IMG/VR virus record: IMGVR_UViG_3300034683_000192
Location: 64,001-128,000 of that record
DNA: 64,000 nucleotides
DNA from: a virus
Direction: 5' to 3' (one strand)
Shown: in pieces, positions 30,260 through 38,376 of the stretch
Layout: every line of letters starts with the position of its first letter
How positions within the stretch are numbered: the first letter of the stretch is position 1
Notes under the pieces: generated by a model
Seen by the model: only the letters and a program-made list of their open reading frames with translations
Databases searched by the model: none
Told to the model about the DNA's origin: nothing
Translations under genes and position numbers: made by a program

Positions 30260-30928
30260 TTACAATGGTGATCTTTCTCCAAGTTTTTCTCGAAGGAGAT
30301 TCTGTATTAATGAAAATACCTGATCAAATACTTCATCTTTCGTTTTGTTGGCATCCACGATACGAAATCTATCTGGATTCTTCTTTGCCCAATCCAAATA
30401 TCCATTTCGTACCTTTATATGAAATTCCATTTGTTCAGCTTCAAATCGTCCTTCTGCGGTCGCTGTACCATCTGTGATATTTCTTTTACGTGCACGTGTG
30501 ATACCCACTACAGGATCGACATCAAAGTAGATCGTCATGTCAGGCCAGATTTTTTCGACGGCGATATCGTTCAGGTGAAATAGATGTCCAACATCTAGTC
30601 CACGACTATATCCCTGATACACTATTGCGGAATCCGCAAATCGGTCACTGATCACTATACCGTCTTGTTCAAGTACTGGTTTGATCATGGCACCGACATG
30701 TTGAGCTCTATCTGCAAGATACAAGAAGAGCTCAGTAGTAGGAGTAAGATCCGTGCTCTCCATGTCAAGTAGGGCAGATCGAATCACTTTACCAATTCTA
30801 CTTGCCCCAGGTTCTCTGGTGAACATGACTGGAAGGGAATCAGTTGAAGGAAGTAACGATTTGAATCGTTCGATACAACTACTCTTTCCTGATCCTTCTC
30901 CACCTTCGAAAGTGATGAACGTGCCCAT
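30260..30928 (-). CDS. tmk: Thymidylate kinase
   Basis: FITFEGGEGSGKS, TREPG, LYLADRAQH, SDRF.DS..YQG motifs. Confidence 0.97.
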   Translation of the reverse strand: MGTFITFEGGEGSGKSSCIERFKSLLPSTDSLPVMFTREPGASRIGKVIRSALLDMESTDLTPTTELFLYLADRAQHVGAMIKPVLEQDGIVISDRFADSAIVYQGYSRGLDVGHLFHLNDIAVEKIWPDMTIYFDVDPVVGITRARKRNITDGTATAEGRFEAEQMEFHIKVRNGYLDWAKKNPDRFRIVDANKTKDEVFDQVFSLIQNLLREKLGERSPL

Positions 30929-30931
30929 CAG

Positions 30932-31438
30932 TTACCTCAATCCAGTATGGCCAAATCCATTACCTCCACGATGTGTGGGATATTGGTTGGCGATATCTTT
31001 CGTGGGAAGAAATCTTGCACGTACTGTCGGTACGATCAATAATTGCGCAATTCGTTCGTGTCGAACGATTTTACATCCCTCCGGTTTGGTGGCTCCTACA
31101 CAGATACTCATTTGTCCACGGTAATCACTATCGATCACCCCAGTCTGATTAACAATTCTAAGTCCACCATGTGTACTCATTCCTGATCTTACGATCATGA
31201 GTCCTGCATGATATTTCGGAAGAACGAGACCAAGTCCGGATGGAATTCGGAAAGTATCTCCGGGCATTACGGTAAGTTCTGATTCATCGAAACATGCACG
31301 AAGATCAAACCCGACAGCACCGTCAGTTTCGTATCTAGGTGGATGTGTAAGATAAATGTCATCAAAGTATTCCACAGGAATCTCTACTTCAAAGATAAAC
31401 TTTCGGAACATATTTCTGATAGTATTCACTATACTCAT
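30932..31438 (-). CDS. dut: Trimeric dUTPase
   Basis: All five motifs: GFDLRA, RSG, GVIDSDYRG, RIAQL, RGGNGFGHTG. Confidence 0.97.
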   Translation of the reverse strand: MSIVNTIRNMFRKFIFEVEIPVEYFDDIYLTHPPRYETDGAVGFDLRACFDESELTVMPGDTFRIPSGLGLVLPKYHAGLMIVRSGMSTHGGLRIVNQTGVIDSDYRGQMSICVGATKPEGCKIVRHERIAQLLIVPTVRARFLPTKDIANQYPTHRGGNGFGHTGLR

Positions 31439-31493
31439 GATGATCTCCTTAACGTAGTGTACAATATCTTAATGTCGTGACAAAAAATAAATA

Positions 31494-31523
31494 GGAGTGG
31501 AGCCCTTTATAGGGGCCCACTCC
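31494..31523 (-). terminator. Hairpin plus TTTATTTTTTG after the lipoprotein gene
   Basis: GGAGTGG.GCCC/GGGCCCACTCC. Confidence 0.7.
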
Positions 31524-31533
31524 ATAATCCAAT

Positions 31534-31683
31534 TTACTTCGATTCGTGATGGTACTTGAAAGAGAAATCTTTCGTTGTACTGTTAAATGACCCCTCAACT
31601 TCAGTAATTGATGTAGAACATGAAGCTAATAGAATTGAAAGTGCGAACAAAATGATTCTTCCATAGACAATAACTTTTTTCAT
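31534..31683 (-). CDS. Small lipoprotein (49 aa), missed by the ORF track
   Basis: My translation: MKKVIVYGRIILFALSILLAS-CSTSITEVEGSFNSTTKDFSFKYHHESK*. It has a positive n-region, hydrophobic core, lipobox LAS-C, GGAGG RBS, TATATTAC upstream and a hairpin downstream. Confidence 0.75.
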   Translation of the reverse strand: MKKVIVYGRIILFALSILLASCSTSITEVEGSFNSTTKDFSFKYHHESK

Positions 31684-31770
31684 GAGATACCCTCCAGTAG
31701 GATGTTTACCGTCGTAACGGTATGGTTTAGTTTAGATTCAATTAACTAAATTGTCAAGAGAATCATAGCA

Positions 31771-31778
31771 GTAATATA
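31771..31778 (-). promoter_or_regulatory. TATATTAC motif
   Basis: Upstream of the small lipoprotein gene. Confidence 0.55.
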
Positions 31779-31840
31779 TCTGCATAGAATCGATCGATTA
31801 CATTTTGATGGAAAATGATATGTAATCATAGGAGGATCAA

Positions 31841-32845
31841 ATGCCGATATGTGTCCTGCTCGAAGAAGCTGCTACGAAACTCAAGAATGTGTATCAATGG
31901 GGACCTCCTGAAAAGACAATCGTATTTCCAGATAGTGCTGGAAATTTCGTATCTACTGGAGTAGTCGCAACTGATGAATTCGTATCTGTACTGGATGGAG
32001 ATCCAGTAGTTAAATGTTTCGACAATATGACCATCAATGCTGGTCATATCGTACGTCCCACAAATCGATGCAAAGGGATGTTTATTCGTGTTCTCGGGAA
32101 TTTGATTGTCAATGGTCAATTGACTATGACTGCCAGAGGTGCAAAAGGCCCTGGTAAATTTGTAGGAATAGCTCATCAAGACGAGATAATTTACTTCAAT
32201 CCTACGGATATCTATCCTAAAAATCCAAGATTCACAGTCATCGATAGACTTGGTGGAGCCAGACGAACTTCACCAAACTCACCGGGTTCTCCTGGAGTTA
32301 ATGGAGCGTGTGGTGGTGGTGGGTGTGGATCGGTCGAAACTGCATATGGTGCAAGTCGCGGTCTAGGTGGAGAAGGTACTTCATTTTCTGGTGGTCCAGG
32401 TGGAGGTGGTTCTCCTCGTGCTGCTGCTGGCGATGGTGCGATAGAAGGTGGCGCAGGCGGTGCCGGTGTTGGGTGGTATTCAGGTACTCGATGGTGGTCT
32501 GCTGGTGGTGGAGCAGGAAATCCAGGTGGTGCCGGAAATGGTACGGGAGGAACTGCTGGTGGTAACGGCACTGGCGGTCTGATTATTCTTTTCGTACATG
32601 GAAATATCATATTTGGTGCCAACGGAAAAATAATCTCTGGTGGCACCCAAGGTGGAGCAGGTTACGATTCTGGCGGAGGATCTGGTGGCGGAGCCATCCA
32701 TATCTTTCATAAGGGTAGTCTTGGTGAACCTGCAAAGATTTCTTGTCCAGGAGGTGCTCCAGGTACACCAGTTGCAACTGGTGGGTATAATGGTACTCCT
32801 GGATTTGCTGGAGGAGCTGGGTCTGTTAATATTGTCCAAATATAA
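31841..32845 (+). CDS. Glycine-rich putative adhesin/tail-tip protein (paralog 1 of 3)
   Basis: Conserved N-terminus (FPDSAGNFVSTG..TDEF..DGDPVV..T.NAGH.VRP.NRC.G) and C-terminal GGGG/GGAG repeats, shared with 57647 and 58776. Confidence 0.65.
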   Translation: MPICVLLEEAATKLKNVYQWGPPEKTIVFPDSAGNFVSTGVVATDEFVSVLDGDPVVKCFDNMTINAGHIVRPTNRCKGMFIRVLGNLIVNGQLTMTARGAKGPGKFVGIAHQDEIIYFNPTDIYPKNPRFTVIDRLGGARRTSPNSPGSPGVNGACGGGGCGSVETAYGASRGLGGEGTSFSGGPGGGGSPRAAAGDGAIEGGAGGAGVGWYSGTRWWSAGGGAGNPGGAGNGTGGTAGGNGTGGLIILFVHGNIIFGANGKIISGGTQGGAGYDSGGGSGGGAIHIFHKGSLGEPAKISCPGGAPGTPVATGGYNGTPGFAGGAGSVNIVQI

Positions 32846-32849
32846 TAGC

Positions 32850-32879
32850 TCTAGAGTCACCCAGTCGGGTGACTCTAGA
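32850..32879. terminator. Hairpin between convergent genes
   Basis: TCTAGAGTCACCC-AGTC-GGGTGACTCTAGA. Confidence 0.7.
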
Positions 32880-32893
32880 TTATACGAGTTAGA

Positions 32894-33667
32894 TTATTTC
32901 AAAAACATCTCGATGAGTCGATGGATATCATCCACAAACCGTGAGTATTGTCGCTTGTACTCGAAGTATTTGGATACTCCGAGTGTAGTGAAGTAATCTC
33001 GATAGAACTGATACTCAATCGAATCTACAGGTATGAGCTTCACAGATCCGTATTTCTGAAGAATGTAGCCGAGTGGAGTACTCGCAGATCTTGGAAAATA
33101 CAGAGCAGTCTGACTTGGTTGAGAGACTTCAAATACACGAACAAGTTCTTCGTCGTGAATTGCACCGTACATGATACCAGCATCCACCTGGATCTTGGAT
33201 AAGTTAGCATCGGTGAGTTGCGATACATCTGTTTCCACCGAAAGATAGTGCAATCGAGCATCATCCACGTGATCGAAAGGCGCAGAGATTGGTAAATTTT
33301 TCAGGAAACTCATCATTGGTTCGTGCACTGGGTGAATACGGCATGTATTTCCAGTGATCGAAACTCTGATGGTATCATTGAGTTTGTGTGTGTTTTGAGA
33401 TTCTCGATATGTGAGTGCTTGAAGATTTCGAAGATCTTCAGGAATACCACGAAGAGTAATGTGCATGTTACCGTATGCAGAGCATCTATCTTGAGGAACA
33501 AATCCAGTACATGCTTCTTCGATGCGTAGTTCACTGAATTGTTCCAAAAGTTTCGCCAACTCCACGAAGTCATCGTCGATCTTCTTGAGGCTAGGATTAG
33601 TACACACGATATTTGCACATTCGCCATCTCTTGAATAATGCCCGCAGGTTGCGCATCTGTAAATCAT
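32894..33667 (-). CDS. Hypothetical protein with N-terminal zinc finger (paralog family member)
   Basis: Start moved to ATG 33667 (GGAGG RBS): MIYRCATCGH...CANIVC...KIDDDF. The longer ORF-track version overlaps purZ. Confidence 0.7.
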   Translation of the reverse strand: MIYRCATCGHYSRDGECANIVCTNPSLKKIDDDFVELAKLLEQFSELRIEEACTGFVPQDRCSAYGNMHITLRGIPEDLRNLQALTYRESQNTHKLNDTIRVSITGNTCRIHPVHEPMMSFLKNLPISAPFDHVDDARLHYLSVETDVSQLTDANLSKIQVDAGIMYGAIHDEELVRVFEVSQPSQTALYFPRSASTPLGYILQKYGSVKLIPVDSIEYQFYRDYFTTLGVSKYFEYKRQYSRFVDDIHRLIEMFLK

Positions 33668-33760
33668 GATGTTCCTCCGTTGTAAAATTTGTACTCGTAC
33701 ATGATGGTAATGATCCATCATATTTAACATCGAGTAACTACGATATACATGGAGGGAATC

Positions 33761-34993
33761 ATGTTTGAAAATTTTGTCAAGCCTGGAAAAATCAATATGG
33801 TGATCGATGGTGCATTTGGTAGCACTGGTAAAGGTGCGGTTGCTGCACGTATTGCCATGGACACAGATATCATCCATCTTGCGTGCAGTACCACATCCCC
33901 CAATGCAGGACATACGTTCTATTGGAATAATACCAAATACATCACGCATCTCATTCCGGCTGCTGCGATCATCCATGACAGATGTGGAATTTACATGTCC
34001 GCAGACTCAGTCATCGACTACGATCTACTCATGAAAGAAATGGACGAATTTAACATAGACGATGGTCGATTGTTCATCCATCCTCGTGCATGTGTAATCA
34101 CTGATGAAGATAAAGAAATCGAAGCTCGTCATGGTGGAATCGAAACGATCGCATCCACACAGTCTGGAGTAGGATCTGCTCGTGCGAGAAAGATCTTGAG
34201 AACAGGGCTTCTTGCTGAGAATGATCCAAGACTTAAGGACTATGTCAAGAAATACGACATTCGTCGAGACTTCGGAGAAATCGAAGACTGTAAAGTACTC
34301 GTCGAAACAGGACAAGGTCTAGGTCTCGACATCAATCATGGATATAGCTATCCGTATTGTACATCAAGATCTGTACTTCCAGCAAAGGTTCTTGAGGAAC
34401 TCGCACTACATCCCAAGTATTGTGGGAACATTATGCTCTGTTTTCGGACATTTCCTATCAGAGTGGGCAATCCCACAAGAGACGGAAAAGAAGTAGGATT
34501 CTCTGGTCCTTTCTGGGACGATTCAGTAGAAACATCCTTCGAAGAAATCGGAGTAGATAAAGAACTCACCACCGTCACAAAACGGGTGCGACGTGTTGCT
34601 ACGTTCTCAGTAAAGCAATACGAAGACGCAATTTACACGATTGAACCAACGCACGTAATCATTACGTTCATGAATTACCTCGAAGAGATGGAAGATTTCC
34701 CTATACTTAAGAGAGCCCCAGACTACATCAACGTAGGTCCTTACCCTGATGATATTTGTGCATTTCCTGGGTGGTGCAACGAGATTCCTATCGTTATGAC
34801 CAACAAGAGATTTCAGAAAAGATTGGCGGTACTTCAAGAATGGATTGATGAAGCATATGCCATCAATTCCGCAGTACTTACAAAAACTATGACCATCACT
34901 GATGACGGATACACGGAATTGAAAGAATTGCTCAGAATGCTTATCCAGCGTAAGAGCGATTTGAACTATATGTATCGACATACAAACAAATGA
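33761..34993 (+). CDS. purZ: PurZ, N6-succino-2-amino-2'-deoxyadenylate synthase (adenylosuccinate synthetase-like enzyme of Z-base synthesis)
   Basis: GAFGSTGKG (Ser where PurA has the catalytic Asp of GDEGKG), SPNAGHT, STQSGVGSA, ETGQG, HGYSYPYCTSR, RTFPIRVGN, SGPFWDDSVE, ELTTVTKRVRRVATFS, TFMNY. These follow the S-2L/PhiVC8 PurZ pattern as I recall it. GGAGGG RBS before ATG 33761. Confidence 0.85.
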   Translation: MFENFVKPGKINMVIDGAFGSTGKGAVAARIAMDTDIIHLACSTTSPNAGHTFYWNNTKYITHLIPAAAIIHDRCGIYMSADSVIDYDLLMKEMDEFNIDDGRLFIHPRACVITDEDKEIEARHGGIETIASTQSGVGSARARKILRTGLLAENDPRLKDYVKKYDIRRDFGEIEDCKVLVETGQGLGLDINHGYSYPYCTSRSVLPAKVLEELALHPKYCGNIMLCFRTFPIRVGNPTRDGKEVGFSGPFWDDSVETSFEEIGVDKELTTVTKRVRRVATFSVKQYEDAIYTIEPTHVIITFMNYLEEMEDFPILKRAPDYINVGPYPDDICAFPGWCNEIPIVMTNKRFQKRLAVLQEWIDEAYAINSAVLTKTMTITDDGYTELKELLRMLIQRKSDLNYMYRHTNK

Positions 34994-35018
34994 CAAAAAA
35001 TAAATACACTCACCACAA

Positions 35019-35048
35019 GAGAGGGAGAGCCCTAGGGCTCTCCCTCTC
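35019..35048. terminator. Perfect palindrome between purZ and a convergent gene
   Basis: GAGAGGGAGAGCCC-TA-GGGCTCTCCCTCTC. Confidence 0.7.
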
Positions 35049-35068
35049 ATATCTGTGAAGAATGCCTA

Positions 35069-35908
35069 CTAGAACTCCGGAGTCTCATACTCGAGCTCGA
35101 TTTCCGGGCCGAGTTTATCCACGTAGTGTTCGATGCTGGACGCCGTAGCAACGAATGCTTTCACCATTCCTTGAACATCGACGCCTTCGGCATCCATGGT
35201 GTACGGTACATTGTACATGGTCAGTTCGATGTCGATTTCGACGCCCTCACTCATTCCTTCACCGAAATTGGCGGTCGTGATTTCGATCTCGGACCGACCG
35301 AGAGGAACCAGGATCGTTGAGTCGATCCGCAGAAGAGCGATATTTATCTTTCCGCTCAACCCCAGATCAACCGAAGGCGCACCGTACTGTGGACCAAACT
35401 CGACCGATGTGGTGGTGGAGTTCAGTACCAGGAGCATCGATGTGAGAATTTCATCGAAGTCCATCTTTTCCCAGTTTTCGCTGGGGAATTCCGCAGACGT
35501 ATGCGAAAACGGTATCTGGAGGGTATACGACATTGCGATGTGTACCGTATCTTCACAGTACACCTCAGGATGATGCATCCTGTCGCGGTCGGCTCCGGAA
35601 TTCTTGGGAAGCCCGTTCTCATCGATGGTCATCTGAGGATGCTTCCAAATGGACGTATCCAATTCTTCTCTGGGAATGATCATGATCCTGGGTGCGATGA
35701 ATGCACCCCGGATGGCGTTGCCGATCTGGAAATACTTTTTGTCGAGGTACCCCAGAATTTGCATCATGGCAGCGAACTTTGTGAACTCACTGCCATAAAT
35801 TTTCAGAGCATTGTACCGATGCCCCGTGACGTCGGATACGACGAAGTTGTACCAGTTGTCGTTGTTCGCCGCAACCATTTGCTGAAAGTTGGACCTGATG
35901 ATTTCCAT
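35069..35908 (-). CDS. Hypothetical acidic protein
   Basis: 279 aa, ends before a palindromic hairpin. Confidence 0.7.
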   Translation of the reverse strand: MEIIRSNFQQMVAANNDNWYNFVVSDVTGHRYNALKIYGSEFTKFAAMMQILGYLDKKYFQIGNAIRGAFIAPRIMIIPREELDTSIWKHPQMTIDENGLPKNSGADRDRMHHPEVYCEDTVHIAMSYTLQIPFSHTSAEFPSENWEKMDFDEILTSMLLVLNSTTTSVEFGPQYGAPSVDLGLSGKINIALLRIDSTILVPLGRSEIEITTANFGEGMSEGVEIDIELTMYNVPYTMDAEGVDVQGMVKAFVATASSIEHYVDKLGPEIELEYETPEF

Positions 35909-36037
35909 GACAGACCTCTTTTGGTGTCAAGTGTTATTTTAAGAAGAGCGAGAAATCGTTCGAGATCGAGTCGCCGAACTTGGACATGGTGGTCTCCATG
36001 TATATTGATTTTGGTGATTGACAGATCGATCAAAAAA

Positions 36038-36045
36038 GTAATATA
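36038..36045 (-). promoter_or_regulatory. TATATTAC motif
   Basis: Upstream of 35908, downstream of a hairpin. Confidence 0.55.
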
Positions 36046-36101
36046 TACTTGAAATAACTAGAGAGACAGGAGGTTTCCCTCCTGTCTCTCATGTATTAAA
36101 A

Positions 36102-36191
36102 TGGCGGAAGGAGAGGGATTCGAACCCCCGGTAGGTTTCCCTACGTCGGTTTTCAAAACCGATGCAATTAGCCAGACTCTACCATCCTTCC
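36102..36191 (-). tRNA. tRNA-Ser(TGA)
   Basis: Cloverleaf with long variable arm, anticodon loop TT-TGA-AA, GGTTCGAATCC and encoded CCA. Confidence 0.93.
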
Positions 36192-36202
36192 GTAAATTGC
36201 AT

Positions 36203-36586
36203 CTATTCGGGAGTGCGGAATCCGAGCTTGGAGAATCTCCGCAGATTGTTAATAATCCGCGTTACACCCGCGAGAAGTTCATGAATCAGTCGGACCTTGA
36301 AGACGTCAGCATCAGTAGGAGACGCTGCATATCTGATACGATCTGTGAACTGAAACCCATCGGTGCTTCTCCACAGAACACAACTAAAATCCGTCGTGTC
36401 CATGGTCAGTTCAACCCATACGGTCTGATCAGAGCTGATGGATACATCGAGCTGAAACCAATCCAGAGGATCATTGATATCGTGAATGTTCGCGCAGATC
36501 TCTTCGACGACAGTCTTCGCGATTGTGAACTGTTCTTCGCATGTGAGTTCCCGATGTCGTCCAACACTAGCGATGCTTGCGCACAT
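36203..36586 (-). CDS. Hypothetical protein within the RNA-gene cluster
   Basis: 127 aa with GGAG RBS, between the tmRNA and tRNA-Ser. Confidence 0.55.
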   Translation of the reverse strand: MCASIASVGRHRELTCEEQFTIAKTVVEEICANIHDINDPLDWFQLDVSISSDQTVWVELTMDTTDFSCVLWRSTDGFQFTDRIRYAASPTDADVFKVRLIHELLAGVTRIINNLRRFSKLGFRTPE

Positions 36587-36614
36587 ATATCTTAATCTCC
36601 TGAAGTTGTAAAGT

Positions 36615-37010
36615 TGGTGGAGCCGGTGGGAATCGAACCCACGTCTTGAACTGGAATCAGAATTGCATCTACGTGTGTATCCTCAGTGTTTTCTGACCCG
36701 AGGCTTGGTCGCTCCTATTTTTCAAAGGTGGGGTACGGAGAACTCCTACCACCTAGGGTTGACAATTTAAATGCGATCACCACTCGCATCGATCCAGATA
36801 AGTTTCGCACTTCTTCTTTATCTGACGTCCAGAGAAGTACGTGCTCCTCTAGGGAGCAGTGGCTCTAGGCGGCGTTCGCGTAAGCGAAGTCGTCACGAGC
36901 GGGAGCAGCAAGAGCGTTGGCAGTTGCTTTCGTTGGGCTTTTTAACGCGGCCAGCCCACCGCGACACGCAGCAGTATCCTATCCAACTCAATCGAAACCA
37001 GGGCGGCCCC
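36615..37010 (-). ncRNA. ssrA: tmRNA; predicted tag (A)ANALAAPARDDFAYANAA*
   Basis: 5' GGGGCCG pairs with 3' CGGCTCC-ACCA including G3.U70; T-arm GTGGGTTCGATTCCCAC; tag ORF at 36865-36921 ends in AA-stop. Confidence 0.92.
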
Positions 37011-37019
37011 ACTTTAATT

Positions 37020-37095
37020 TGGCGCGCTCGAGAAGGGTCGAACTTCTGACCAAGAGTTTAGAAGACTCCTGCTCTATCCACTGAGCTACGAGCGC
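37020..37095 (-). tRNA. tRNA-Arg(TCT)
   Basis: 76-nt cloverleaf, loop CT-TCT-AA, encoded CCA. Confidence 0.92.
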
Positions 37096-37110
37096 ATGAA
37101 TTGTAAAATT

Positions 37111-37186
37111 TGGTCGGAACGACTGGATTTGAACCAGCGACCCCTGCTCCCAAAGCAGGTGCGCTGCCAGGCTGATCTACGTTCCG
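37111..37186 (-). tRNA. tRNA-Pro(TGG)
   Basis: CGGAACG...loop TT-TGG-GA...CGTTCCG-ACCA; the D-stem has mismatches (GATC/GCGC). Confidence 0.88.
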
Positions 37187-37203
37187 ATAAGGAGAAAGAA
37201 ATT

Positions 37204-37278
37204 TGGAGCGGGGTACGGGATTTGAACCCGCAACAGCTGGGGCGGAGACCCAGTATTCTACCTTTGAATTAACCCCGC
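37204..37278 (-). tRNA. Atypical tRNA-Gly(TCC)-like gene
   Basis: GCGGG start, U73, CCA, anticodon stem CTGGG/CCCAG with loop TC-TCC-GC (C33 instead of U33); the acceptor/T-stem junction is imperfect. Confidence 0.6.
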
Positions 37279-37281
37279 ATC

Positions 37282-37825
37282 TCACATACACTCGCGTTTC
37301 TTGGTAGGAAGACCAAGAAAATTGGCCCATTTACGAACCGCGTTATCACTAACGCCATATTTCTCACCAACTTTCGTCACTGGCATTTGTGAAAGGTCTC
37401 TTCCTAGTTGATCAGCGTCCGGTCGATTCACCTTTCGTGACGACATCTGTGCACACGAGTATGAACAAAATTTTTTCTGTCCTATATCTAGAGATTTTCC
37501 ACACTCCAGACAATGTTTATTCCGTAATGCTTCTTTCGCTACATGTATGGGATTTGGAAGTATTACTCGGGTATCCATCCATTTATGTAATTTTGCATGC
37601 TGGGAGTTACGAAGAATCAGTAAATTTCTTGGGTCGTTGTTACTTTTATTGCAATCAAGATGATGAACTACTTCGTCACTTCGCAATCCTTCAGGAACTG
37701 TGGAATCCGCTACTAGAATGTGTTCGTATACATATCCCTTATAACTTCCAGATCTGATTGCTCTAGGATGCTCTGGAGCATAACACTAATACATATCCTG
37801 AATCTTTTATTATCCGTTTATTCAC
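37282..37825 (-). pseudogene. HNH homing endonuclease (HNH_3-type plus C-terminal HTH) with a 1-nt frameshift near 37783
   Basis: GAGGAG RBS, GTG 37825, VNKRIIKDSGYVLV; after one extra T the next frame reads YAPEHPRA...GYVYEHILVA...VVHHLDCNKSNNDPRNL...HAKLH. C-terminal CLECG..FCS..C and VGEKYGVSDNAVRKW. Confidence 0.7.
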
Positions 37826-38067
37826 CAAATCTTCTCCTCAAATAGTAAAAATACGTACTCACCCAAAGACGAACCAATCCACCGGTCATTGTCCTTAGGT
37901 GAGTACGGGTTTCCTCCACGGAGGACGATTCAATCACGGAGCCTATGTGACTGAACCAAGTTGAAGTTTACGTAGCTGGATTGCTCCTGCCCCTCAACCC
38001 TGGGATAACCACTTCCCAGTTAGACTATGATGAATTCCCGTGTAGTATACCCGGAGTATGTTTTTGT

Positions 38068-38373
38068 TTACATCCGGTATGGGAACTTCTCCTCAATTGA
38101 TGCTGTGATGATCCGGATTGCATTGATCCTTTTGTAGTGCCATGCCGCTCTGGCGAACAATCTGTTTCCCGGAACAACTATAGTTACTGACACCTTATCA
38201 GGATCAAGGTAGGTGTGAAGCCTTTTCAGAAATGTCTCGACTGAGCAAGTTCCGTGTAGACGATGTTCGGAATATTCGAGAACTGTCAAATTCTCGATAT
38301 TCGAATTGATGAGGATATGAACCCCTTCAATTTGGTATACTTGCTCTGCGAATTTCTTCAAGCTCACAAGCAT
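38068..38373 (-). CDS. Hypothetical protein
   Basis: 101 aa, coupled to the upstream ORF. Confidence 0.6.
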   Translation of the reverse strand: MLVSLKKFAEQVYQIEGVHILINSNIENLTVLEYSEHRLHGTCSVETFLKRLHTYLDPDKVSVTIVVPGNRLFARAAWHYKRINAIRIITASIEEKFPYRM

Positions 38374-38376
38374 CTG

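Noticed and set aside
32212-32646. Pro-rich or Trp-rich alternative ORFs over the glycine-rich genes (also 57653-58343 and 58787-59523)
   Set aside because: Antisense and frame shadows of GGT/GGA codon runs.
33761-34993. Calling the gene an ordinary purA (adenylosuccinate synthetase)
   Set aside because: It lacks the PurA catalytic Asp (GDEGKG becomes GSTGKG) and the TKLD GTP loop; the motif set follows PurZ.
36101-37330. ORF-track proteins at 36101-36595, 36686-36868, 36771-37049 and 37058-37330
   Set aside because: They overlap tRNA and tmRNA genes and are translations of RNA genes.
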